Source: Gammaproteobacteria bacterium (lineage in GTDB: Bacteria; Pseudomonadota; Gammaproteobacteria; Pseudomonadales; PIVM01). Taken from it: a stretch of DNA of 64,000 nucleotides. The DNA lies in contig PIVM01000005.1 of assembly GCA_003353945.1 (NCBI GenBank), forward strand, positions 21,351 to 85,350. The letters run 5' to 3'. The translations under genes and the position numbers were made by a program. Shown here piece after piece: positions 56,058 to 64,000 of this stretch; the stretch's first letter is position 1; each line of letters opens with the position of its first letter. The notes beneath the pieces were generated by a model that ran no database searches, was not told where the DNA came from, and saw nothing but the letters and a program-made list of their open reading frames with translations.

Positions 56058-56082
56058 CGTTCCCGCGCTACGCGCGGGAACG
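56058..56082. terminator. GC-rich hairpin between convergent genes
   Basis: Perfect 11-bp stem cgttcccgcgc/gcgcgggaacg with a 3-nt loop. No U-tract, so it could equally be a REP-type element. Confidence 0.45.
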
Positions 56083-56173
56083 AGCAATAGCACTGGTCAC
56101 ATTTACCTTCTCACTGTCATCAATTGGCTCGCTAAGCAGATAACTGCTTGGCGACTTTCCCTAAGCTGGATGT

Positions 56174-56980
56174 CTACCCAAACGCCCTCGGCATCGGCAG
56201 ATTCAAACTCACCAAACCGCCACTGACCGCAACTACCTCACCCGTGACATAACTGGAGGCGGGGGCTGCTAAATACAGTGCGCAAGCAGCAACATCCTCA
56301 ACTTCACCCAAACGTCCCATGGGCGTCAGATTGACCATGGTTTCTTCCACTTCAGGCGTTAAAATAAAATTCAAGGCATCGGTTTTGGTGGAACCCACGG
56401 CAATGGCATTCGCTCGAATCCTGGGCGCAAACTCCTGGGCTAATTCTTGTGTCAATAAGGACAAAGCGCCTTTTGCGGTGCCATAGGCGGCAAACTGCGA
56501 TGCTGGAGAGTGTCCGGCCACAGATGAAATATTGACAATAACCCCCGGCTGTTCATTCTTTGCAAGCAATGGCGCAGCAATACGCGATAGCGTAAAGGCG
56601 CTACTCACATTAAACCGAAAACTCTCTTCAAATTGTGCTGTCGTGGTATCCAGTGCTGGCATGGGCGGATAACCACCGGCATTGTTAACAACAATATCCA
56701 GGCGACTAAAGTGTTGAATCGCCGTATCCACTAAGCGTTGCAACTGCTCTTCGACCATCACATCAGTGGGTACCGCCACGGCGCGCCGACCCATCGCTTC
56801 GATCTCCCGCACCACCTTGTCCATATCACTTTGCGTTCGTGCACCGATAACCACATCAGCACCCGCTTCAGCATAGGCTTTTGCAATGGCTGCCCCAATA
56901 CCTCGGCCACCACCGGTTATCACTGCCACCCTGCCGTCCAATCTAAATGCGTCTAAAATGCTCATAGTCTTTGCGCTCAA
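56174..56980 (-). CDS. short-chain dehydrogenase/reductase (SDR) family oxidoreductase
   Basis: 268 aa. TGGGRGIGAAIA, NNAG, and the S...YGTAK catalytic motif. Confidence 0.88.
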   Translation of the reverse strand: MSAKTMSILDAFRLDGRVAVITGGGRGIGAAIAKAYAEAGADVVIGARTQSDMDKVVREIEAMGRRAVAVPTDVMVEEQLQRLVDTAIQHFSRLDIVVNNAGGYPPMPALDTTTAQFEESFRFNVSSAFTLSRIAAPLLAKNEQPGVIVNISSVAGHSPASQFAAYGTAKGALSLLTQELAQEFAPRIRANAIAVGSTKTDALNFILTPEVEETMVNLTPMGRLGEVEDVAACALYLAAPASSYVTGEVVAVSGGLVSLNLPMPRAFG

Positions 56981-57209
56981 TTATTTATTATCTAATAAAA
57001 ACATAGTGTTACAAATATTCTTCAAGAATGACACTTGAATTTGAGGTGCCGAACACATCAAAAATCTCAACTGAGAATACCTGCTTTTCACTGACGAAGC
57101 AGCTTATAAAATATCACTCTGGCAGTAAAGTAACTCTGAACTATGCAATCATCGAAGATGAGATGGAAGCCGAAATAAATAAATGACAGCATTCCCAGGA
57201 CGCTGACGT

Positions 57210-60101
57210 TCATGTTCCAAGCTTTTCAAAATCCAAGGTAGTGCCACGCGGCGCGTGGTGGGGTCCACCATAGAGCCAGCGGTAATGCAGTTGCCCATAG
57301 GTGGCCATATGCAGCGATTTCCAGACCGAGGGCACGGGCTCCTGATTACTCTTCCAATCCTTGAACTGAAAGTTTTCCCAGGCATGATAAATAATCACCT
57401 GACCCGGTTTCACCGAAGGGGAAACCTTAGCAAGTAGCGTCGTTTCCCCTTCATCGTTGAAACAGCGAATACGATCACCATCCTCAACCCCGCGTCGCTG
57501 AGCGTCATCCGCACTGACCCAAGCGGATGGTTCGCCTCGCTGAAGCTGCAATAGGGATGGCAAATCGCGATGTGAAGAATGAATTGACCAGCGGTTATGT
57601 CCGCCGGTTAATCGCAAGGGATAATTACCGCCCGCCTTGGGCATGGGCTTGTGCGTGGGAAGATGTTCGTCAGCGTCAATAAACCAGTCGTGATCCAGAT
57701 AGAACTGCTGGCGTCCGGTGAGTGTAGGCCAGGCCATTTTCTTTTCTGTAAACCACTGTTGCGAGTAAACTGTTTCACCCGGCTCGTAGTCAGAACATAT
57801 ACTGGTGTGAATGCGAAAAGGTCCTACGTCTTCAATATGAACAGCCCCTTGGGCCACCGCATCTTCCCATTCGATATTGCCAATCTCCGGTGAGAGTCTT
57901 GTCGCCTCCTGGTAGTAGAGAAGATCATCCTTGGGATCCCACTTTCCATTTGCCGACCATTTATTGAAAACAGTTTTTAGATCCTTCGGTTTTCCCTTGG
58001 CGTCATCAATCACCGGCATGTTTTTGGCAATCGATTTTTCCTGTACCCGTTTGCAGAGCAAGCCAAAAATCTCCCATTCGCTCTTGGCCTCCCCGATCGG
58101 ATCAACCACTTTTTCACCCAGCACATAGTAGGGAACATAGCTCTGCGCATATTTGATGCCGCGCCGCTCATAATAGTGTGCCGCAGGTAAGAGGATGTCA
58201 GAATAACAACAGGTGGCCGACATCTTTACGTTACAACCCACAATAAGCTCCATCATAGGAAACAGATTGTCTCGCGCCAATTGGGGTTTGGGCCAACGCC
58301 GCAACGGATTCACGCGTGTATGAACGTACATACGCGGCTTTTTCCCTGTTTTCGGATCAGGATACATCGGGGTATTACCCGACTCGATACTGTGTTTCAC
58401 CGCCTCCTTCATGGATATGCCTGGTTTGGGGTCGTGGTAGTGTGGCTTGTTGACGACTTCATCCAAACCAGCCCATTGATAGAGAAAAAGCAAACCTGGC
58501 ACATTCATGTACATGTATTTTTCCTCGTATTCGAGAAAATATTTCATGTACTCGCGAACGGTCGGTTGATAAACGGCCATCAACGCTTTTTGCCACCAAG
58601 TTGGCTTGACGGCAGAGAGGGATGCCTCCATACCACTCATCATGTACCAGGCACCGATATGAAGTCCGGCACCGCGCTTGCCGACATTGCCGGTAAGCGC
58701 CAACAACAGGATCATGCCACGCTGGTAGAGATCAGAATGGTGATGCTTCATGATACCCCAGGAGCCAAAGATGCTGACAGTTTTGGCTTTGCCTGCGTCT
58801 AATGCCAGCTTACGAATAGTCTCGGCGCCAACGCCCACGATCGCAGAGGCTTTTTCGGGCGTATAATCGCGCAGACGCGCCTTCAAGCTCTCCAGCATGG
58901 GTCGTACTGCTACATCGCGGCCATCAAGCAGTTTTATTTGATAACTGCCGTTGAGGGACGGATCGATACCTTTCATTTCCAGCGTGGTGCGATCGCCCAG
59001 CCCCTCACTACCGGGTGCGATGTTCAGTTTGTTTTTCGCGTTGTCCCAGACATAAAAGATATTGTCTTTGCCGTTCTTTTTCAAATCGGATTCGCGAAGA
59101 AAGTGCTGGTTATCACTACGCACCAACAGTGGAAGATCGGTCTGCTCCTTCACGTAATCCTGCTTCATTAAACCTTCGTCGATGATCACTTTGCACATCG
59201 ACAGGGCCAAGGCAGCATCGGAGCCGATATTGACATTAAGCCACTGGTCACAGTGCATGGTCGATGGATTATAGTCCGGCGCGATCGACACCACTTTTGA
59301 ACCGTTATAACGCGCTTCCCACATAAAGTGCGCATCGGGGATACGTGTGTAAGATGGATTACCGATCCAGAGCAGGATCAATTCCGAATTAAAATAATCA
59401 TCGGAGGTACTATCGACATTGAACAAACCCCAGGTCATGATCACACCGAGCGGCATATCACCGGCGCAGGCCCAACCATCGATCTGGGTTGAACCCAAAT
59501 GATCAAAGGCTAACAGTTCCATCGACTCGGAGCCATAACCTTGATTGGACGTACCGGAATCGTAGATCACACACTCTGGACCCGACTCCTCGCTAATCTC
59601 GACAATCTTGTCAGCCATCTCTTCGAAGGCTTCGTCCCAGCTAATGCGTTTCCACTTGCCTTCACCACGCTCACCTACTCGCCTCAGCGGGTATTTCAAA
59701 CGAGAAGGTGCATACATGGCCTGACTGATACAGTTTCCTTTCTGGCAACCACGCGGATTGAAATCAGGGTAACTATCGTTGGACGCTTCCATTATCGCGT
59801 TCTGCTCCTCTCTGAACACGATGCCATCCTTGACGAAAACGTTAAACGGACAGGCAGACACACAATTCAATACACTGTGTGCACCCTTAACAACGCTATC
59901 CCACTGCCATTTTTCTCGATAGACATCCTGCCAGTTGCCATAGAGTTTGGCACTAAAACGACCTTGTATGGATTGTCTGCCGATTAACGTTTGTTTTGCT
60001 GAGTCAGAGCAGCTAAGCGTGACCATCGATAAGGTAAGTACACTTGCACCTTCAAGAAACCTGCGTCGCGTTAACTTCAACTTTACCGTTTCCGTCTTCA
60101 T
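57210..60101 (-). CDS. Tat-exported molybdopterin oxidoreductase, NarG/EbdA-like (type II DMSO-reductase family) alpha subunit
   Basis: 963 aa. Twin-arginine signal LTRRRFLEG. YREKWQWDSVVKGAHSVLNCVSACPFNVFVKDG parallels the NarG FS0 His/Cys motif. DGWACAGDMPLG...TWG parallels the NarG segment carrying the Asp Mo ligand. Confidence 0.8.
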   Translation of the reverse strand: MKTETVKLKLTRRRFLEGASVLTLSMVTLSCSDSAKQTLIGRQSIQGRFSAKLYGNWQDVYREKWQWDSVVKGAHSVLNCVSACPFNVFVKDGIVFREEQNAIMEASNDSYPDFNPRGCQKGNCISQAMYAPSRLKYPLRRVGERGEGKWKRISWDEAFEEMADKIVEISEESGPECVIYDSGTSNQGYGSESMELLAFDHLGSTQIDGWACAGDMPLGVIMTWGLFNVDSTSDDYFNSELILLWIGNPSYTRIPDAHFMWEARYNGSKVVSIAPDYNPSTMHCDQWLNVNIGSDAALALSMCKVIIDEGLMKQDYVKEQTDLPLLVRSDNQHFLRESDLKKNGKDNIFYVWDNAKNKLNIAPGSEGLGDRTTLEMKGIDPSLNGSYQIKLLDGRDVAVRPMLESLKARLRDYTPEKASAIVGVGAETIRKLALDAGKAKTVSIFGSWGIMKHHHSDLYQRGMILLLALTGNVGKRGAGLHIGAWYMMSGMEASLSAVKPTWWQKALMAVYQPTVREYMKYFLEYEEKYMYMNVPGLLFLYQWAGLDEVVNKPHYHDPKPGISMKEAVKHSIESGNTPMYPDPKTGKKPRMYVHTRVNPLRRWPKPQLARDNLFPMMELIVGCNVKMSATCCYSDILLPAAHYYERRGIKYAQSYVPYYVLGEKVVDPIGEAKSEWEIFGLLCKRVQEKSIAKNMPVIDDAKGKPKDLKTVFNKWSANGKWDPKDDLLYYQEATRLSPEIGNIEWEDAVAQGAVHIEDVGPFRIHTSICSDYEPGETVYSQQWFTEKKMAWPTLTGRQQFYLDHDWFIDADEHLPTHKPMPKAGGNYPLRLTGGHNRWSIHSSHRDLPSLLQLQRGEPSAWVSADDAQRRGVEDGDRIRCFNDEGETTLLAKVSPSVKPGQVIIYHAWENFQFKDWKSNQEPVPSVWKSLHMATYGQLHYRWLYGGPHHAPRGTTLDFEKLGT

Positions 60102-60275
60102 CCGCTTATTCCTATCGTCATGGAGTTACTATTACCTTAAGTTTCGTATGATTGTCTAACAATATAGAGGTGATGGGAATTTACAATTAGTTAATCCAAC
60201 AAGAACGTATCCGATTACCCATGCTTCCCTATCGTCGGTACAATACCAGATAACTAATACCAAGAAGTCATACCC

Positions 60276-61013
60276 ATGCACACGTCCAAAGAATGCCAGA
60301 TTTGTCATCAAGCACTCACCATGCATGAAAGTTATGCCGGTAATGTGTGCTCAAATTGGCGGTGCAAAGACGAAGCACTACAGCAAGAACTTGTGAGCTT
60401 TCGCAAAAAAGCTTGCACCGACCTTGGCTGTGATCATCCAAGTCAGTACCACATCATTGTTATACCGGAAAAATCCATCCGGCAAACCGAGCAGGTTACA
60501 GAAACTCAACTGGCAGATTTCGTTGCGCACTTGAAAAGCTTGTTGGGCATTAAAGTCCTGGAATACAGCCCCTCAGTCCTTTCTATCTCACACACGCAAG
60601 AAGCAGCCTCAACAATCCCGACTTCAACGTTGACAAAAATTTGTGCTGCCTGCGAAGGCTATTGCTGCCATCATGGCGGCAGTCGACATGCCTTTATTCA
60701 ACAAGCGACCATTAACCGCATCACCGACGAGCACAGTATCGAACCAGGACCTGAAATCATCGCGCTTTTTCTCAGTCACCTGTCGGCAACGCACTATGTA
60801 AATTCATGCGTCTACCATTCGCGCCAAGGCTGCTCCCTACCTCCAGAATTTCGTGCCAATATCTGCAACCAATACGAGTGCAAGGGACTCCAGCAGGCTA
60901 GCGAGAAACTGGCAGGAAATGATTCGCAACGTTTTTTCGCTGTCTCAAGGCGAGACAATCAGATTGTGAAGGCAAACTTCATCGATCAAGACAAAACACG
61001 GCATTATCCGTAG
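60276..61013 (+). CDS. Cys-rich protein with a YkgJ-type CxxCxxCC (UPF0153) motif
   Basis: 245 aa. N-terminal CQIC...CSNWRC zinc-ribbon-like pair, then CAACEGYCC and later SCVYH..QGCSLPPEFRANICNQYEC. Confidence 0.55.
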   Translation: MHTSKECQICHQALTMHESYAGNVCSNWRCKDEALQQELVSFRKKACTDLGCDHPSQYHIIVIPEKSIRQTEQVTETQLADFVAHLKSLLGIKVLEYSPSVLSISHTQEAASTIPTSTLTKICAACEGYCCHHGGSRHAFIQQATINRITDEHSIEPGPEIIALFLSHLSATHYVNSCVYHSRQGCSLPPEFRANICNQYECKGLQQASEKLAGNDSQRFFAVSRRDNQIVKANFIDQDKTRHYP

Positions 61014-61033
61014 CCACTTTTTCTGACACATAC

Positions 61034-61066
61034 AAAAAAGCCAGCATCGAAAGAAGCTGGCTTTTT
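61034..61066 (+). terminator. rho-independent (bidirectional-looking) terminator
   Basis: aaaaaagccagc-loop-gctggcttttt. Confidence 0.7.
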
Positions 61067-61077
61067 GCACTAAGCGT

Positions 61078-61255
61078 AATGATCAAAACTCATAACGGAC
61101 CTTTGCATAAAACATGCGACCGCGCGGGTCATGCACCTTGGTATCAAAGCCCATATCGGTGAAAACCTTCGGCGGATCCTCATCAGTCGCATTAAGCAAA
61201 CCAAGCATCGTATTAAGCGCGTTGTCATTAGGCAGTTCGAAACGATATTCACCTG
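61078..61255 (-). pseudogene. C-terminal remnant of a TonB-dependent receptor
   Basis: The reverse-strand translation is TGEYRFELPNDNALNTMLGLLNATDEDPPKVFTDMGFDTKVHDPRGRMFYAKVRYEF*. This is the characteristic terminal beta-strand ending in Phe. No upstream part of the gene is present. Confidence 0.5.
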
Positions 61256-61561
61256 TATTGAAGACGCTATTGCTGACAGCGAACAGTTTGCAGCATCAAA
61301 AACAGAAATCGATCAGTTTATCCAGCTTCACTTTGGCAAATATGCCGGTAGTTTAAACAATCTCAAAGTGGTCAAAAAATACCGTAGCAAGAAGTTTAAA
61401 TTGCGCCTGCCCGTGAAACAGGCTGCCTTTCTCAATGATATTCAACAAGTTCTACCACAACTGAAACTCAAATCCGAATAATTCCATTGCCGGTAAAAAA
61501 ACAGTGTTTTTGCTTGAATGCAAATAGGGTCTACGCATTACGTAGACCGATATATTTCGCG

Positions 61562-63925
61562 TTAGGCGAGCTTCAAGACCTGCAAATTGTGTGAGACAGA
61601 AGCTAATCCCTCAACACTGGCCACGACAACACTCTTGTCAGGAAATCGAATTCCAAATTTTTGTTGGTTATGAAAATTCGTTTGATGTGTCGTCAACAAA
61701 TAGGCTTTGTCATCCTGTAACCCAACAAGCGCCGGTACCCGCTTTGCGTCATCAGACAAGGCTTTCACTTCCACGGCAACCGCCTTAGCCACCAGCTTTT
61801 GCGCGACCAAGCTTAATTTTCCGCTCTGAATGCGTTCGATACGACTGATGCGAACCAACAAGACTTCTTCTTGCTCCTGATTTGATCTGACTAACAACAT
61901 CAATATTCCTACATCCAGTGCAATGCTTGACTTTTTTTCATCCGTTTGTAAATAAATTGATTCCTCATCTTCCATGGCGGACCACCACTGACTACCACTG
62001 GCCTTGGGTTTTTTTATCACTGGCGCTTTTTCTGAATCCTGCTCTTCCCTGCTTTCCTTGTCTTTATTTTGCGAATTGTAAAGATAAGCAAAATAGGCAA
62101 CGCAATCTTTAAAATCAGAATAAGCTAATAATTTAACCGGATCATACAATGAAAGGGATTGTGGTTTACTTTGCGACAACAGCAGACATACCGACCAATT
62201 CAACACACTCATTAAATTCAGCGCCTGCAAAGCATCAACGGAGCCCAGGACCGGACAGCTATGCCGTTTACCCTCTCCAAGAATTGCCAAGCATTGTGTG
62301 TAGTCACGAATGATTCGGTTAAATATAACATTGGGTTGAATCAGCAGGGATGGACACCCACTCACCGCTGCAGTGGCTGCACTTTTCGGCATATCCAGCA
62401 CAGGTGCTTCACTATGATCTTGAGACAATACCCACAGCATTTCATCAGCATCCCCTACAGATTTCCTTTCCGTTATTCTCAGTAATCCAAGATGTTTTAC
62501 AAAATATTGTTTTAACAACTTGTGTTGAATCCCAGAAATCGAGTTCAATTGAAATGACAGCATCACTTGATAAACCAAATACAGATCTTTGATACTGGCA
62601 AGCCCCTCCCAAGACTGACTTGTATATTCTTCCTCTATCAACTGCGGTTCATAACAGCAGAGCACATGGAACAGTTTGTTAACAGCTTTCACAGACACGG
62701 TGGGAATTGGTTGATGCAATGCGCAAAGCAATAACTGTTCAAGACACAGCAAATCTATCAGCCTGCAAACAATTCTATTCGCCGTTCCACGCTGAGGGCC
62801 ATAGATTAAATTGGAGGATTCATACAACTCAGTGTATAGCTGTTTATAGCCCGTAATCGCATGTTTGATTGCATGCACACCGTGTTCGGCCAGCTCCAGT
62901 CGTTTTGTGTCTTCATGTACAGAAGGTCTTTTTTCAAACTGGCTAATCAATTGTTGAATTTTTTCAAATAACGGCGGCGTATAGGCATCCAATAAACTTA
63001 GCTTATGGGACTTGGATAAATTGCATCTGGCAATATTGCACAGATCCTCATCCGCCTTTTTCAGGATGGTAGTTAGCGACTTACCCTTGGACGAGAAAAG
63101 CAGGCGAATGGATCGCGTACTGGCAATCGATTCAATATCCTTTTTAGACTTTAAAGAGGCAAAGCTGAATTCCAGCGCCAGCTCCCGCTCAGGCAGAGTG
63201 CGGCCCAGATATTCATCAACATGTGCCTTGTTTTTACTAAACAGCGCCTTGGCCTTGAATGCCGCTTTTTTATAGGCCGACTCATCCAGAGGCACTGGCT
63301 GTTCCTGTACCGGCGGCTCAGGTTCTACAGAAAACTCAAAGGCCTCATAAACTTCACTCACCGGTAATAATTCAGTACGACAGGGCTGCTCATCCATAGC
63401 CTCTCCAAGGAGCTCCAATCGACTGACTGATGCCTCCTGTTCATTGCACACTGATTTTTCTGCCGGTGTAATTACATCGAAAAAGTCAGACACCTGTATT
63501 TCATAGGGTGTTCTTTGGATTTCTTGTGTTTGTTTGGCCAGTTTTGCCGTGCGTACAATGTCTTCCTGCCCCCCAACACCGTCATCACTGCCCTGAGACT
63601 CTTTGCGCGCCGCCGTTGCATCGAGTGCCTGATCCATTTCTTTGTCGCTGGAAAAAATGGCTTCCTGATTTACTTCTGCTCCATCTCCAGCCTCCGGTGA
63701 TTCTTCCACTGGTGGTGGTGATTTATCGAAAATACTTTCTAGTTCCTCAGGCGTATACAAGGCTTCATCGGCCACATATTCTACTTCTTTTTCCTCCTGC
63801 TCCCTGATGGCCTCAATCGATTGCGAATCCTCAATATCATTAAGTTCATCGCTTAACTCGAATACATCTTCTTTAGATTCAGAGTTTCGTTTCTTTCTGA
63901 TCATATCGCCACTCGTTGCATGCAT
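61562..63925 (-). CDS. large hypothetical protein with a highly acidic N-terminal region
   Basis: 787-aa uninterrupted ORF. The first roughly 230 aa are E/D/Q-rich and low in complexity. The central part is helical and Cys/Leu-rich. The C-terminal roughly 120 aa are beta-rich, with only a weak resemblance to a PilZ-type barrel. No confident family. Confidence 0.55.
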   Translation of the reverse strand: MHATSGDMIRKKRNSESKEDVFELSDELNDIEDSQSIEAIREQEEKEVEYVADEALYTPEELESIFDKSPPPVEESPEAGDGAEVNQEAIFSSDKEMDQALDATAARKESQGSDDGVGGQEDIVRTAKLAKQTQEIQRTPYEIQVSDFFDVITPAEKSVCNEQEASVSRLELLGEAMDEQPCRTELLPVSEVYEAFEFSVEPEPPVQEQPVPLDESAYKKAAFKAKALFSKNKAHVDEYLGRTLPERELALEFSFASLKSKKDIESIASTRSIRLLFSSKGKSLTTILKKADEDLCNIARCNLSKSHKLSLLDAYTPPLFEKIQQLISQFEKRPSVHEDTKRLELAEHGVHAIKHAITGYKQLYTELYESSNLIYGPQRGTANRIVCRLIDLLCLEQLLLCALHQPIPTVSVKAVNKLFHVLCCYEPQLIEEEYTSQSWEGLASIKDLYLVYQVMLSFQLNSISGIQHKLLKQYFVKHLGLLRITERKSVGDADEMLWVLSQDHSEAPVLDMPKSAATAAVSGCPSLLIQPNVIFNRIIRDYTQCLAILGEGKRHSCPVLGSVDALQALNLMSVLNWSVCLLLSQSKPQSLSLYDPVKLLAYSDFKDCVAYFAYLYNSQNKDKESREEQDSEKAPVIKKPKASGSQWWSAMEDEESIYLQTDEKKSSIALDVGILMLLVRSNQEQEEVLLVRISRIERIQSGKLSLVAQKLVAKAVAVEVKALSDDAKRVPALVGLQDDKAYLLTTHQTNFHNQQKFGIRFPDKSVVVASVEGLASVSHNLQVLKLA

Positions 63926-64000
63926 TTCATTGCAAATAATGTAACTATAGCCGTTGAATGGCTATTGTGTGGTATCAGACTGAAAACTATAAGATTTAAC

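Noticed and set aside
61131-61481. A 116-aa plus-strand ORF, considered as an intact gene.
   Set aside because: Its first roughly 40 codons are simply the antisense of the TonB-receptor remnant. Only the last roughly 75 aa look protein-like, so it is treated as a fragment.

Overview
This 64 kb window reads as chromosomal DNA from a Gram-negative, probably gammaproteobacterial, organism. All family calls come from motif recognition by eye; no searches were run.

Block 1 (about 1-21 kb) is the unusual part.
- It holds four paralogous lipoproteins of about 1000-1200 aa, each built from dozens of Cys-containing thrombospondin type-3 (TSP3) calcium-binding repeats.
- Two of these giants end in a DUF1566/Lcl-type domain, and each of those is followed by a small secreted stand-alone DUF1566 protein.
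- Embedded among them are a sigma-54 enhancer-binding protein (EBP) and an orphan T6SS tube gene (Hcp/TssD).
- A recurring GTGACATGTCAC-type palindrome occurs four times, only in intergenic DNA of this block.
- Three properly spaced -24/-12 promoters suggest one sigma-54 regulon linking Hcp and the giant-lipoprotein operons.

Block 2 (about 21-43 kb) contains:
- an orphan LsrF-like aldolase/thiolase and a VOC-family protein;
- a decayed 7TMR-DISM hybrid histidine kinase;
- a complete accessory chemotaxis operon (cheY, MCP, cheR, cheD, cheB, MCP, cheW, cheW, STAS, cheA);
- a dense two-component network: a NarL-type regulator, two receiver-first kinases and a large GAF hybrid kinase.

Block 3 (about 43-64 kb) contains:
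- an EF-G paralogue and a class II DAHP synthase;
- hybrid-cluster protein, divergent from a 1077-aa three-module flavoprotein fusion, with a perfect FNR box between them;
- an MCP, a porin-like protein and a small PBP-like protein;
- an SDR next to a Tat-exported NarG/EbdA-like molybdoenzyme alpha subunit with no beta or gamma partner;
- a YkgJ-type Cys-rich protein, gene fragments, and a 787-aa acidic hypothetical protein.

Several MITE-like hairpin elements, REP-like palindromes and in-frame tandem coding repeats are present. No rRNA, tRNA, CRISPR array, transposase or integrase was seen.
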